Part shown: positions 27,410 through 35,513 of the stretch, piece after piece
How positions within the stretch are numbered: the stretch's first letter is position 1
Layout: every line of letters starts with the position of its first letter
NCBI GenBank assembly: GCA_049972095.1
Contig: JBMFKQ010000016.1
Location: 1-35,586, forward strand
Direction of reading: 5' to 3'
Source: Elusimicrobiales bacterium
GTDB lineage: Bacteria; Elusimicrobiota; Elusimicrobia; Elusimicrobiales; UBA9959
Length of the DNA: 35,586 bases
Program-made: the position numbers and the translations under genes
Notes under the pieces: model-generated
Databases searched by the model: none
The model's input: only the letters and a program-made list of their open reading frames with translations
Told to the model about the DNA's origin: nothing

Positions 27410-28537
27410 ATGAAGATACCAATGACAGACCTCACAAGGGAATACGCCCAGCTTAAGGCTGAGATAGACAGAGCAGTTATCTCTGTTATGGAAAAATGCA
27501 GCTTTATACTTGGAGAGGATGTTTTAAAGTTCGAAGAAGAGTTTTCAAAACTCAATGGCTCAAAATATGCTATATCTGTTGCAAGCGGAACTGACGCATT
27601 GAGAATTGCGATGATTGCGTCAGGGATAAAAAGCAAAGATGAAGTCATAACCACACCATTTACATTCATAGCAACAACAGAAACGATATCGCAAATAGGT
27701 GCAAAGATTGTTTTTGCAGATATAGATGAAAAAACATACAACATAGATCCATCATCTATAGAAAAAAGAATAACATCCAGAACAAAAGCCATAGTACCAG
27801 TTCATCTCTATGGATATCCAGCCGATATGAACAGAATAATGGAGATAGCAAAAAAATATAAACTCATTGTCATAGAGGATTGCGCGCAGGCGTTTACTGC
27901 AAAATGCAGAATAAATGGAGAATGGAAATTTACCGGTTCAATTGGAACATGCGGGGCTTTTAGTTTTTTTCCTGCAAAAAATCTTGGAGCATATGGAGAC
28001 GGCGGGCTTATAACAACTCAAAATCAAGATATCGCAGCATTTGCAAGATTGCTTAGAAACCATGGCTCAAGGGAAAGATATATTCATGAAACCGAGGGAT
28101 TTAATTCAAGACTTGATACAATTCAGGCTGCTATTTTAAGAATAAAACTGAAACACATAATAAAAGCAACAGAGGAAAGAAACAGAGTAGCACAAAAATA
28201 TGCTTCAGAGCTTAAAGGAGTTTGTATTGTGCCTGAGGTACAAGACGGATATTATCACTCATTCAACTACTACACCATCAGATTTGAGAATAAAAAGATA
28301 AGAGATAAAGTCTCAAAATACTTAAGCGAAAACGGCATTGCTAATCAAATATACTATCCAATACCACTCCATCTCCAAAAAGCCTATTCTTATCTTAATT
28401 ATAAGAAAGGAGATTTTCCAGTTGCAGAAAAGACAGCAGAGGTAGTTCTTTCTCTGCCAATGTTTCCACAGCTTACTGATACAGAGATAGATTATATAAC
28501 ATCCAAAGTAAAGGAGGCATTAAAGGTTAAATGCTAA
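27410..28537 (+). CDS. DegT/DnrJ/EryC1/StrS-family PLP-dependent sugar aminotransferase
   Basis: 'GAFSFFPAKNLGAYGDGG' PLP-lysine region. N-terminal 'LGEDVLKFEEEFSK'. 375 aa. Confidence 0.85.
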   Translation: MKIPMTDLTREYAQLKAEIDRAVISVMEKCSFILGEDVLKFEEEFSKLNGSKYAISVASGTDALRIAMIASGIKSKDEVITTPFTFIATTETISQIGAKIVFADIDEKTYNIDPSSIEKRITSRTKAIVPVHLYGYPADMNRIMEIAKKYKLIVIEDCAQAFTAKCRINGEWKFTGSIGTCGAFSFFPAKNLGAYGDGGLITTQNQDIAAFARLLRNHGSRERYIHETEGFNSRLDTIQAAILRIKLKHIIKATEERNRVAQKYASELKGVCIVPEVQDGYYHSFNYYTIRFENKKIRDKVSKYLSENGIANQIYYPIPLHLQKAYSYLNYKKGDFPVAEKTAEVVLSLPMFPQLTDTEIDYITSKVKEALKVKC

Positions 28538-29820
28538 TAATACTTGGAGCGGGGCTGACAGGACTTTCATGCGCCCTTAAACTTTTAGAAGGAAGAAGAA
28601 AATACATAGTAATAGAGAAGGAAGGTAGAGCAGGTGGACTTTGCAGAACTATTGAAAAGGACAAATTTCTTTTTGATTTTTCTGGGCATCTTCTTCATCT
28701 CAGATGGAAAGAAACATCTAATTTTGTAGCTGAGATGCTTCAAGATAATTTAAAGAAAATAAAAAGGAACTCAAAGATATATATAAAAGGAATATACAGT
28801 GATTATCCGTTTCAGATAAATCTTTACAATCTTCCAAATAGTATCAAAAAGAAGTGTGTAGAAGACTTTATCACCTCAAGACTTAGAAACGAAAAGCCTA
28901 ATCCCCTAAACTTTAAAGAATGGTCATATAGTGTATTTGGAAAATCAATATCCGAGCAATTTATGATACCTTACAACGAAAAACTCTATTCATTTAAAGC
29001 TCAGGATATGACAGCTCTATGGATAGAAGGATTTGTCCCAATTCCATCAATCAGCGATATTATAAGCGGTGCGTATATAAAAAAGGTTGAGGGAAGCGGA
29101 TATAACTCAACCTTTTACTACCCAATATATGGAGGGATAGAAAGTTTGGTAAGAAAGATATATGAAAGGGTTAAAGAGAATGTTATGTTAGAATCTGATG
29201 TTAGTGGAATAAATTTTTCTCAAAAAAAAATAAAACTAAACAACTCAAAGGAAATAAAATACTCAAGGCTTGTATCAACCATCCCTTTAAAAAACCTTAT
29301 CTTGATGTCAGATGCACCTCAAAGCATCAAATCAGCTGCAAAAAAACTAAAACACAATACTGTTCATATACTTAACCTTGGCATAAAAAAAACTAAAATT
29401 CCTTACCATTGGATATACTTTCCTCAAAATAATATTCCTTTTTATCGCATAGGATTTTATTCCAACTTTTCAAAAAAGCTTGCTCCTAATGGTTTTTCAT
29501 CTATGTATGTAGAGTTTTCATCAGAACCTGATAAAAGTTTTGACATAAACAAGGCAAGAAAAGAAGCTATAAAATGGCTTAAGATTCTTAAGATAATAAA
29601 TGATGAGGATGATATAATTACTGAGATGTGGTCAACTATAGCTTGTGCTTATGTTATATATGACGGAGAAAGGGAAAGGGCAGTTGAGAGAATACATAGT
29701 TTCCTTAAAGAAAAGAATGTCATATCAACAGGAAGATATGGAGGATGGAAGTATTCATTTATGGAAGAAAACATAAAGGATGGTTTTGAAACTGCCCAAA
29801 GGTTAATACAGGGAGGTTGA
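28531..29820 (+). CDS. FAD/NAD(P)-binding flavoprotein, UDP-galactopyranose mutase / amine-oxidase-like
   Basis: N-terminal 'IILGAGLTGLSCALKL' Rossmann fold and 'VIEKEGRAGGLCRT'. C-terminal 'GRYGGWKYSFMEENI' resembles the UGM 'GRLAEYRYLDMHQ' motif. 7-nt overlap with degT-like. 2-nt gap to dapA. Confidence 0.6.
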   Translation: MLIILGAGLTGLSCALKLLEGRRKYIVIEKEGRAGGLCRTIEKDKFLFDFSGHLLHLRWKETSNFVAEMLQDNLKKIKRNSKIYIKGIYSDYPFQINLYNLPNSIKKKCVEDFITSRLRNEKPNPLNFKEWSYSVFGKSISEQFMIPYNEKLYSFKAQDMTALWIEGFVPIPSISDIISGAYIKKVEGSGYNSTFYYPIYGGIESLVRKIYERVKENVMLESDVSGINFSQKKIKLNNSKEIKYSRLVSTIPLKNLILMSDAPQSIKSAAKKLKHNTVHILNLGIKKTKIPYHWIYFPQNNIPFYRIGFYSNFSKKLAPNGFSSMYVEFSSEPDKSFDINKARKEAIKWLKILKIINDEDDIITEMWSTIACAYVIYDGERERAVERIHSFLKEKNVISTGRYGGWKYSFMEENIKDGFETAQRLIQGG

Positions 29821-29821
29821 T

Positions 29822-30712
29822 ATGAAGAAATTTAAAGGGTGCTATACAGCAATAGTGACTCCTTTTAAAAACGGTCGTGTTGATTTCAAATCCCTTGAAA
29901 GACTTTTATCATACCAACTTAAATCAAAAATAACCGGTATAGTTCCTTGTGGTTCTACAGGAGAGGGTAGTGTTTTGACTACTGATGAATACCTGGATGT
30001 TATAAAACTATGTGTTGAAAGGGTAGGAGAAAAAAAACAGGTTATCGCAGGATTTGGAACTAACTCAACGATAAAATCTCTTGATATGCTTGAAAGAATA
30101 AATGATATAAAACTTGATGGAATACTCGTAATAGTGCCATATTATAACAAACCAACACAAAAAGGTATGATTGAGCACTTTAAAACAATTTCTCAAAATA
30201 CTAAGCATGATATAATTCTCTACAATATACCATCAAGAACAGGTGTAAATATGTTGCCACAAACAGTACATAATCTTTCAAAAATAAAAAATATAAAAGG
30301 AATAAAAGAGGCAAGCGGAAGTATTGATCAGTCAAGTGAAATAATAAACCTGTGTCACAAAGGTTTTTCACTACTTTGCGGCGATGATTCACTTACACTT
30401 GCATCAATGAGTGTTGGTGGTGATGGGGTTATATCAGTTGTTTCAAACCTCATACCATCAGAGATATCAGATATGTGTGAAAGCTTTTCAAAAGGAAATA
30501 TAAAAAAAGCTATCAGTATACACCATAGATATTTTAAGCTTATGAAAAATCTTTTCATTGAAACAAACCCTATTCCTGTAAAATATGCTCTTAAAAAACT
30601 TGGAATAATTGATGACGATGAGCTCAGGCTTCCTCTTACAAGAATATCAAAGGAAAACGCAGAAAAAATTGACAGAATTCTTGAAGATCTAAAACTTTTA
30701 AATCAAGAATAA
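29822..30712 (+). CDS. dapA: 4-hydroxy-tetrahydrodipicolinate synthase (DapA/DHDPS family)
   Basis: 'GSTGEG', 'VPYYNKPTQ' (Tyr107 equivalent), 'YNIPSRTG' (Tyr133/Arg138 equivalents), 'GIKEASG' (Schiff-base Lys). Confidence 0.75.
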   Translation: MKKFKGCYTAIVTPFKNGRVDFKSLERLLSYQLKSKITGIVPCGSTGEGSVLTTDEYLDVIKLCVERVGEKKQVIAGFGTNSTIKSLDMLERINDIKLDGILVIVPYYNKPTQKGMIEHFKTISQNTKHDIILYNIPSRTGVNMLPQTVHNLSKIKNIKGIKEASGSIDQSSEIINLCHKGFSLLCGDDSLTLASMSVGGDGVISVVSNLIPSEISDMCESFSKGNIKKAISIHHRYFKLMKNLFIETNPIPVKYALKKLGIIDDDELRLPLTRISKENAEKIDRILEDLKLLNQE

Positions 30713-31491
30713 TAATACCTACCCATACATATTATTTTTAGAGGACCGGATATAAATGTTCTATTATTATTTTTTTCAATAAAGAACCTCTCATTATTTT
30801 TAGTTATGAACTCTGCTTTTCTTATTCCATAAATTTTTTCTGCAGCATAAAATGATGAAGCTATACCGCTTGAACATGAAAGAGTCTCTGTTTCAACCCC
30901 CTTTTCATATGTCCTTATCTTGAAAGATGCTGAAAAGTCAGTTTTTTTAATAAGCTCAACAAAATTAACATTAACACCAAATGGTTTAAAATCTTTATGG
31001 TATCTGAAATATCTCCCAAGATTTAAAATATCTATGGTATCTATCCTTTTTGAAAAAATCACAAGATGATAGCTTCCAGTTTTTACATAAAATCCATTCT
31101 TAAAATCCTTCACATCAAGCGTCATATTTTTTATGAACGATGCAGAAGGCATCTCTACATAGACATTTTTTGACCTAACAACAACACATAGCCTTCCCGC
31201 AGATGTGTTTATTTGAAAATTTTTGTTTCCAAATCTTTTATTGATCCACAAAGCTGCTGCCCTTGTTCCGTTCCCACAAAAGGCATAAGAACCGTCAGAA
31301 TTCAGATAATCAAGATAAAACTCTTTCCCTTTTTTCTTAAGCACAAGTATACCATCCGCACCAATGCCATAATTCCTTGAACACACTTTTCTGGCAAGAT
31401 CTTCAAGGTACTTACCTCTAAGTTTTTTCAAATTAAAGAAAAGTATAAAGTCATTTCCTGCTGCTGTTATCTTGAAAAATGAGATTAGCAC
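30703..31491 (-). CDS. dapF: Diaminopimelate epimerase
   Basis: 'AAGNDFILF' and 'CGNGTRAAALW' (first catalytic Cys). 'ETLSCSSG' (second catalytic Cys). Converges on dapA with a 10-nt overlap. Confidence 0.8.
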   Translation of the reverse strand: MLISFFKITAAGNDFILFFNLKKLRGKYLEDLARKVCSRNYGIGADGILVLKKKGKEFYLDYLNSDGSYAFCGNGTRAAALWINKRFGNKNFQINTSAGRLCVVVRSKNVYVEMPSASFIKNMTLDVKDFKNGFYVKTGSYHLVIFSKRIDTIDILNLGRYFRYHKDFKPFGVNVNFVELIKKTDFSASFKIRTYEKGVETETLSCSSGIASSFYAAEKIYGIRKAEFITKNNERFFIEKNNNRTFISGPLKIICMGRYYYS

Positions 31492-31492
31492 A

Positions 31493-32029
31493 TTACACCT
31501 TAAAATCAGGCATTATCTTTTCTATTTTCTTATTAGTCTTTTCAATCTCATCTACAGCGGTAGGATTTTCAGAAAGTTTTCTTTTAAGTTCCTCGTTCAT
31601 TTTCATAACTGAGTTTATGTTATCCATCATTGTATTGAATGAATTTTGAAGCTCAAAAAGAGCATCACCCTTTCTCAAAAAAAACCTTTGAGTCATATCA
31701 CCATTAGCAACAGCATTACATATTTTCTCAAGCTTATATATAGGACCAGCTATCCTATGAGATATGATAGCACCAGCAATTATAACTACCATTATATATA
31801 TAGCAAGTTTGAAAAACATAAGCGGTGCATTTGAAAATATCTCATCAAGAAGAGGAAGCATTCCTGGATGCTTTTCAACAACCTTATATATGCTCCATAC
31901 AATATCAAGTGCAACAAGCATAAAAGCTACAAGAGATGTAAATGATATTATAAACATGTAGCGATACTGAAGATTTTTTTTCACTATTATCGTTTTTCTT
32001 TGAAACTGCTGTTTTGATTGATTTTCCAC
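31493..32029 (-). CDS. Small membrane protein with two TM helices and a HAMP-like linker domain, no output domain
   Basis: TM1 'MFIISFTSLVAFMLVAL', TM2 'IYIMVVIIAGAIIS'. Then 'HRIAGPIYKLEKICNAVANGDMTQRFFLRKGDALFELQNSFNTMMDNI' has the HAMP pattern (P...G.....D). Confidence 0.5.
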   Translation of the reverse strand: MENQSKQQFQRKTIIVKKNLQYRYMFIISFTSLVAFMLVALDIVWSIYKVVEKHPGMLPLLDEIFSNAPLMFFKLAIYIMVVIIAGAIISHRIAGPIYKLEKICNAVANGDMTQRFFLRKGDALFELQNSFNTMMDNINSVMKMNEELKRKLSENPTAVDEIEKTNKKIEKIMPDFKV

Positions 32030-32039
32030 CTAAACCTCC

Positions 32040-33074
32040 TCAATCAAAAAGGATATCCATAATTTCAAGCCACTCCTTGCTAACAGTCTTTAAGCTTCCA
32101 GTGGCGTCCTTTAAAGGAACAGCTTTTATCTCATTTCCGACCAAGGCTGCCATCTTTCCAAAATCACCAAAATGCACCATCTCGGCAGCCTTGATACCGA
32201 CTCTGGTAGCGAGTATTCTATCAAAAAGTGTTGGTTTCCCACCTCTCTGCATATGACCTATAACAGCATGTCTGGTTTCTATACCTGTATGCTTCTCAAT
32301 ATATTTAGCTATTCTTTCACCAATTCCCCTTTCTTTCAAGATAATATGCCCAAACTGATCAACCTCCTGTTCCTTTGGAGTATCATCCTGCTCAATAAGC
32401 TCAACCGCTTCACTTACAACCACAAGAGCAAATTTCTTTCTGGCATAAACTCTTTTGATCTTTTCTATCATTCTTACACCATCTATCTTTCTTTCAGGAA
32501 GACCAACAAAATCAGCAGCACCTGCTATTGCAGTAAAAAGCGCAACCCAACCAGCATGTCTTCCCATAACCTCAAGAACCATAACTCTTTTATGGCTTCT
32601 CCCTGTATCTATAAGAGCCTCAGCGGCATCAACCGCTCTTGTAACTGATGTATCAAAACCAAATGTATAGTCTGTAACATTGAGATCATTATCCATCGTC
32701 TTCGGCACACCAACAACATTTAGTTTATATTGTTCATAAAGCTTTGTTGCAACACCAAGTGTATCCTCGCCGCCCATAGCAACAAGTGCGTAAAGGTCAA
32801 GTTTTTTAAAGTTATCAATAACTTTTTTAACATTCTCTTCCTTTTTAAAGGGATTTGTTCTTGAGGTTCCAAGAATCGTGCCACCCTGCATTATTATATA
32901 TTCAACATCATCCTTCTTTAAAGGAACTGTAATACCATCTATCATTCCCTTCCAGCCATCAAGAATTCCAATACACTCATAACCAAGTTTTTCTGCCGCA
33001 TAAACAACACCTCTGATTGCTGCATTTAACCCTGGGCAATCACCACCACCTGTTAAAATACCTATTTTTTTCAT
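32040..33074 (-). CDS. pfp: 6-phosphofructokinase, PFK-A family, predicted pyrophosphate-dependent (PPi-PFK)
   Basis: 'GILTGGGDCPGLNAAIRG' ATP/PPi-site N-terminus. 'MGGEDTLG' instead of GGDG (Asp at the Gly104 position). 'PKTMDNDL' (Lys at the Gly124 position). Both substitutions are the established PPi-specificity signature. Confidence 0.75.
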   Translation of the reverse strand: MKKIGILTGGGDCPGLNAAIRGVVYAAEKLGYECIGILDGWKGMIDGITVPLKKDDVEYIIMQGGTILGTSRTNPFKKEENVKKVIDNFKKLDLYALVAMGGEDTLGVATKLYEQYKLNVVGVPKTMDNDLNVTDYTFGFDTSVTRAVDAAEALIDTGRSHKRVMVLEVMGRHAGWVALFTAIAGAADFVGLPERKIDGVRMIEKIKRVYARKKFALVVVSEAVELIEQDDTPKEQEVDQFGHIILKERGIGERIAKYIEKHTGIETRHAVIGHMQRGGKPTLFDRILATRVGIKAAEMVHFGDFGKMAALVGNEIKAVPLKDATGSLKTVSKEWLEIMDILFD

Positions 33075-33106
33075 AGTCTGCCTCCTCCTTGTAAATTATA
33101 AACTTT

Positions 33107-33847
33107 TCAATCACCTAAATAGAAAAATGTTTTAAATTGAACAATCCTTTCCGTTTTCTCAGGCCATCCATTTGAAAATGAAGAGTTTCTGCCTACATCC
33201 CTCAAGGCAACATCAACTATAAAGTTTGGTGTTATATTTACACCAACTCCAAAATTGAACCTTGAGTTATAATCCGAATGGAAGAGGTTATCATACTCAA
33301 CTCTTATATTGATTTTATCCTCAACATTATAATTTACACCAATAAAACCAAAAAGATACCCATCATCAAAATCTGGTATATTAAAACCCATATGTCCCAT
33401 AAGGCCAACAAGAATCTCCTTTGAACCAACAAGATAAAGACCCTTTCCCTTCTGCATAAACTTTTTAATTCTACTATCATAATAATAACCCTGCCCATCA
33501 TAACCAAGAACAAGCGCAGGAATATAATATCCACCATCGCAAAACCTGAATTTTATCTGCATCTTAGGTTCCACCATCCTTACTGGGGTTTGGGAACCTA
33601 TAATTTTATCTATCATAAAAGATGCTCCCAGATTAAGTATGTTATTTATTACCCCTATATTCATATAAGTCAAAATCCCGCCGTTGTTGTAAAACCTTGT
33701 TTTTAGCTCAAAATTTGAATAATCAATTATACCAGCAGTAGGTATATCTATAAGCGATGTCTCCGGGGTAATGATTATCTCCTCCCTTGAAAATAAAGGG
33801 AAGCTCATTGAAAAAAACAAAAAAAACAAGGCTATCATTTTCATCAA
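33107..33847 (-). CDS. Secreted hypothetical protein with signal peptide, Gly/Tyr/Asn-rich beta-type composition (possible outer-membrane or envelope protein)
   Basis: 'MMKMIALFFLFFSMSFPLFS' signal peptide. Alternating aromatic/small residues. No motifs recognised. Confidence 0.55.
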   Translation of the reverse strand: MMKMIALFFLFFSMSFPLFSREEIIITPETSLIDIPTAGIIDYSNFELKTRFYNNGGILTYMNIGVINNILNLGASFMIDKIIGSQTPVRMVEPKMQIKFRFCDGGYYIPALVLGYDGQGYYYDSRIKKFMQKGKGLYLVGSKEILVGLMGHMGFNIPDFDDGYLFGFIGVNYNVEDKINIRVEYDNLFHSDYNSRFNFGVGVNITPNFIVDVALRDVGRNSSFSNGWPEKTERIVQFKTFFYLGD

Positions 33848-33957
33848 AATCTCCTTTTAAATACAATTTAATATCACAATATGAAGCCTTAACATTTTGT
33901 TTCGTATATAAATATTATAACTAATTTTGAGATTTTCAGCTAAATAGATTATGTTTA

Positions 33958-34266
33958 CTACCTACCGAGGTTCCTTTTCTCGCTCCAGTTTCTTCTACGG
34001 TACCTTCTTGGATCACCATCGGTCATTGGCCTTGCCTCATTAACTACAAGTTTTCTTCCTTCATAATCACTACCATTGAGCTTAGTTATAGCATTTGTTG
34101 CCTCGTTATCATCTTCCATCTCAACAAAACCAAAGCCTCTGGATCTTCCTGAAAATTTGTCTCTAATGACTTTGGCACTGGCAACCTTGCCATATGTAGC
34201 AAACAATGAATTAAGCTCATCATCGGTAGTTTTGAAGGGCAATCCGCCCACATATAACTTTTTCAT
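33958..34266 (-). CDS. RNA-binding protein with RRM domain and Arg-rich C-terminal tail
   Basis: RNP-2 'KLYVGGLPF' and RNP-1 'RGFGFVEM'. C-terminal 'RRYRRRNWSEKRNLGR'. Confidence 0.9.
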   Translation of the reverse strand: MKKLYVGGLPFKTTDDELNSLFATYGKVASAKVIRDKFSGRSRGFGFVEMEDDNEATNAITKLNGSDYEGRKLVVNEARPMTDGDPRRYRRRNWSEKRNLGR

Positions 34267-34480
34267 CTAACTACTCCTTTACCTTACTTTCCATACCTCC
34301 CAACTTTAATGGAAATCACCATCTCTATCGAAAGGTATAATACCATCTTAACATTATTTAAACTGATCTGTCAACATAATTAATGCTTGACCTTGTTTAC
34401 AGGAATGATAAAAACTTATTTAGGTGATATAGGTTATTGGAAATATATTCTCAACTCCTTAAGCCTTCAGCCTATTTACA

Positions 34481-34576
34481 GTTTCAATTCCTTATAGGTA
34501 GGCTCGCAACTTATTTGCTTGGCAAGAGATTTTTTATTGGCTGGGGGTTTCAATTCATTATAGATAGGCTCGCAAC
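34481..34576 (-). CRISPR. Orphan CRISPR-like mini-array: two 30-bp repeats separated by one 36-bp spacer
   Basis: Repeat 1 at 34481-34510 is gtttcaattccttataggtaggctcgcaac. Repeat 2 at 34547-34576 is gtttcaattcattatagataggctcgcaac (2 mismatches). On the minus strand the repeat reads GTTGCGAGCCTA(C/T)CTATAA(G/T)GAATTGAAAC. That ends in the ATTGAAAC common to many CRISPR repeats and has a small internal palindrome. A 30/36 periodicity is canonical. No third repeat and no cas genes in the window. Confidence 0.5.
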
Positions 34577-34638
34577 ACGTCTGGCAATTTCTGAGCGCCC
34601 CCTAAATAAGCCCTCTTTTAGAACTTCGTCCTTAGTGT

Positions 34639-34821
34639 CTATCTTTTAATAAACCTTGCATAAATAAAATTAAACAACTCGGCTGAAATCCATGGCAAAA
34701 AAGCAATTATTAATGTTTTGTAATCTACATCTAAATCCAAATGCTTCTGAACCAAAATAGCTAAAAAACCTCCACACACCGCGCCAAAAGCCAATGCTAT
34801 TTTATTTTTTCTATTATTCAT
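34639..34821 (-). CDS. Small single-pass membrane protein (60 aa), third gene of a small-protein operon
   Basis: 'IALAFGAVCGGFLAILV' TM helix. Starts 3 nt after the stop of the Cys-rich ORF. Confidence 0.4.
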   Translation of the reverse strand: MNNRKNKIALAFGAVCGGFLAILVQKHLDLDVDYKTLIIAFLPWISAELFNFIYARFIKR

Positions 34822-34824
34822 TCC

Positions 34825-35127
34825 TTAAAATCCAGGAGTACAAAATTCTTCCGTTCTTTTACACACAGGTACAGAAACACATTCCGGAACTATTCGGTTA
34901 ACCAAAGTGCAAACTGCCCCTGCAGGGACACACGAGCCGCCAGCAAAAGTATAACACACAACCGTCCCGAATACACAGGCGGTCTGCCAGATTTCTTTAT
35001 CTCTGCAAACTTCTGTTGTTTCCCATTCTACGCATTGCTGTTCACACATTCTAACCATAATTTTATCATTCTGACTGAAAATGTTATACCGTTCAATATC
35101 TAACTGTAAAATACTTTTAGTCAACAT
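34825..35127 (-). CDS. Cysteine-rich small protein (100 aa, 10 Cys in the C-terminal 70 residues)
   Basis: Cys-free N-terminal ~27 aa, then 'CEQQC...C...C...C...C...C...C...C...C'. Start overlaps the stop of the upstream ORF (ATGTTGA). Confidence 0.45.
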   Translation of the reverse strand: MLTKSILQLDIERYNIFSQNDKIMVRMCEQQCVEWETTEVCRDKEIWQTACVFGTVVCYTFAGGSCVPAGAVCTLVNRIVPECVSVPVCKRTEEFCTPGF

Positions 35128-35468
35128 ATATCTCTTACTCTTAAGAAATTTATTTTTTCTTCCACGGTTCCATGTATAAAGAGTTTTTTCAATCCATCAG
35201 TTATGTCTGGTGAAATATTTTTCTTTTCGCAGTATTTAATAGTGTGTATAATTAAAAAATCCAGATTTCTATTTTCGTCATCATTAATTTTTTTACGATC
35301 CATATGTATAGATGGAATAGGAATACTATCAGTATAATTTTCATTCCCATCTAATGCAAAATTTGTTGTTTTTTCAATTCCCTCTCCATCAAAATCAAAG
35401 TCAACATTATTACTGAAACCAGGTCCACTAAACATAATAACTATCATCACCAACCTTATTAAGTTCAT
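35121..35468 (-). CDS. Small secreted protein (115 aa) with N-terminal signal peptide, Asp/Asn-rich
   Basis: 'MNLIRLVMIVIMFSGPGFS' signal peptide. Strong RBS GGAGGAGAG 2-10 nt upstream of the ATG. First gene of the three-gene set. Confidence 0.5.
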   Translation of the reverse strand: MNLIRLVMIVIMFSGPGFSNNVDFDFDGEGIEKTTNFALDGNENYTDSIPIPSIHMDRKKINDDENRNLDFLIIHTIKYCEKKNISPDITDGLKKLFIHGTVEEKINFLRVRDIC

Positions 35469-35497
35469 CTCTCCTCCTTTATACTTTATAAAATTCT

Positions 35498-35513
35498 AAA
35501 AAAAAAAAAAAAA
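35498..35513. repeat. A16 (T16 on the coding strand) homopolymer tract in the putative promoter region of the three-gene small-protein operon
   Basis: Sixteen consecutive A at 35498-35513. This is 30-45 nt upstream of the ATG at 35468, followed on the coding strand by 'agaattttataaagtataaaGGAGGAGAGatg'. Confidence 0.9.

Noticed and set aside
29822-30712. DapA-fold gene as N-acetylneuraminate lyase / sugar aldolase because of the sugar-operon context
   Set aside because: The residues PYYNKPTQ and the Arg in YNIPSRTG are DHDPS-specific, and dapF is adjacent. I therefore keep the dapA call and only flag the context as a finding.
34437-34649. 70-aa plus-strand ORF
   Set aside because: It spans both CRISPR-like repeats, so the repeat sequence would be translated twice as 'IGRLAT'. 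This is an artefact of the repeat.
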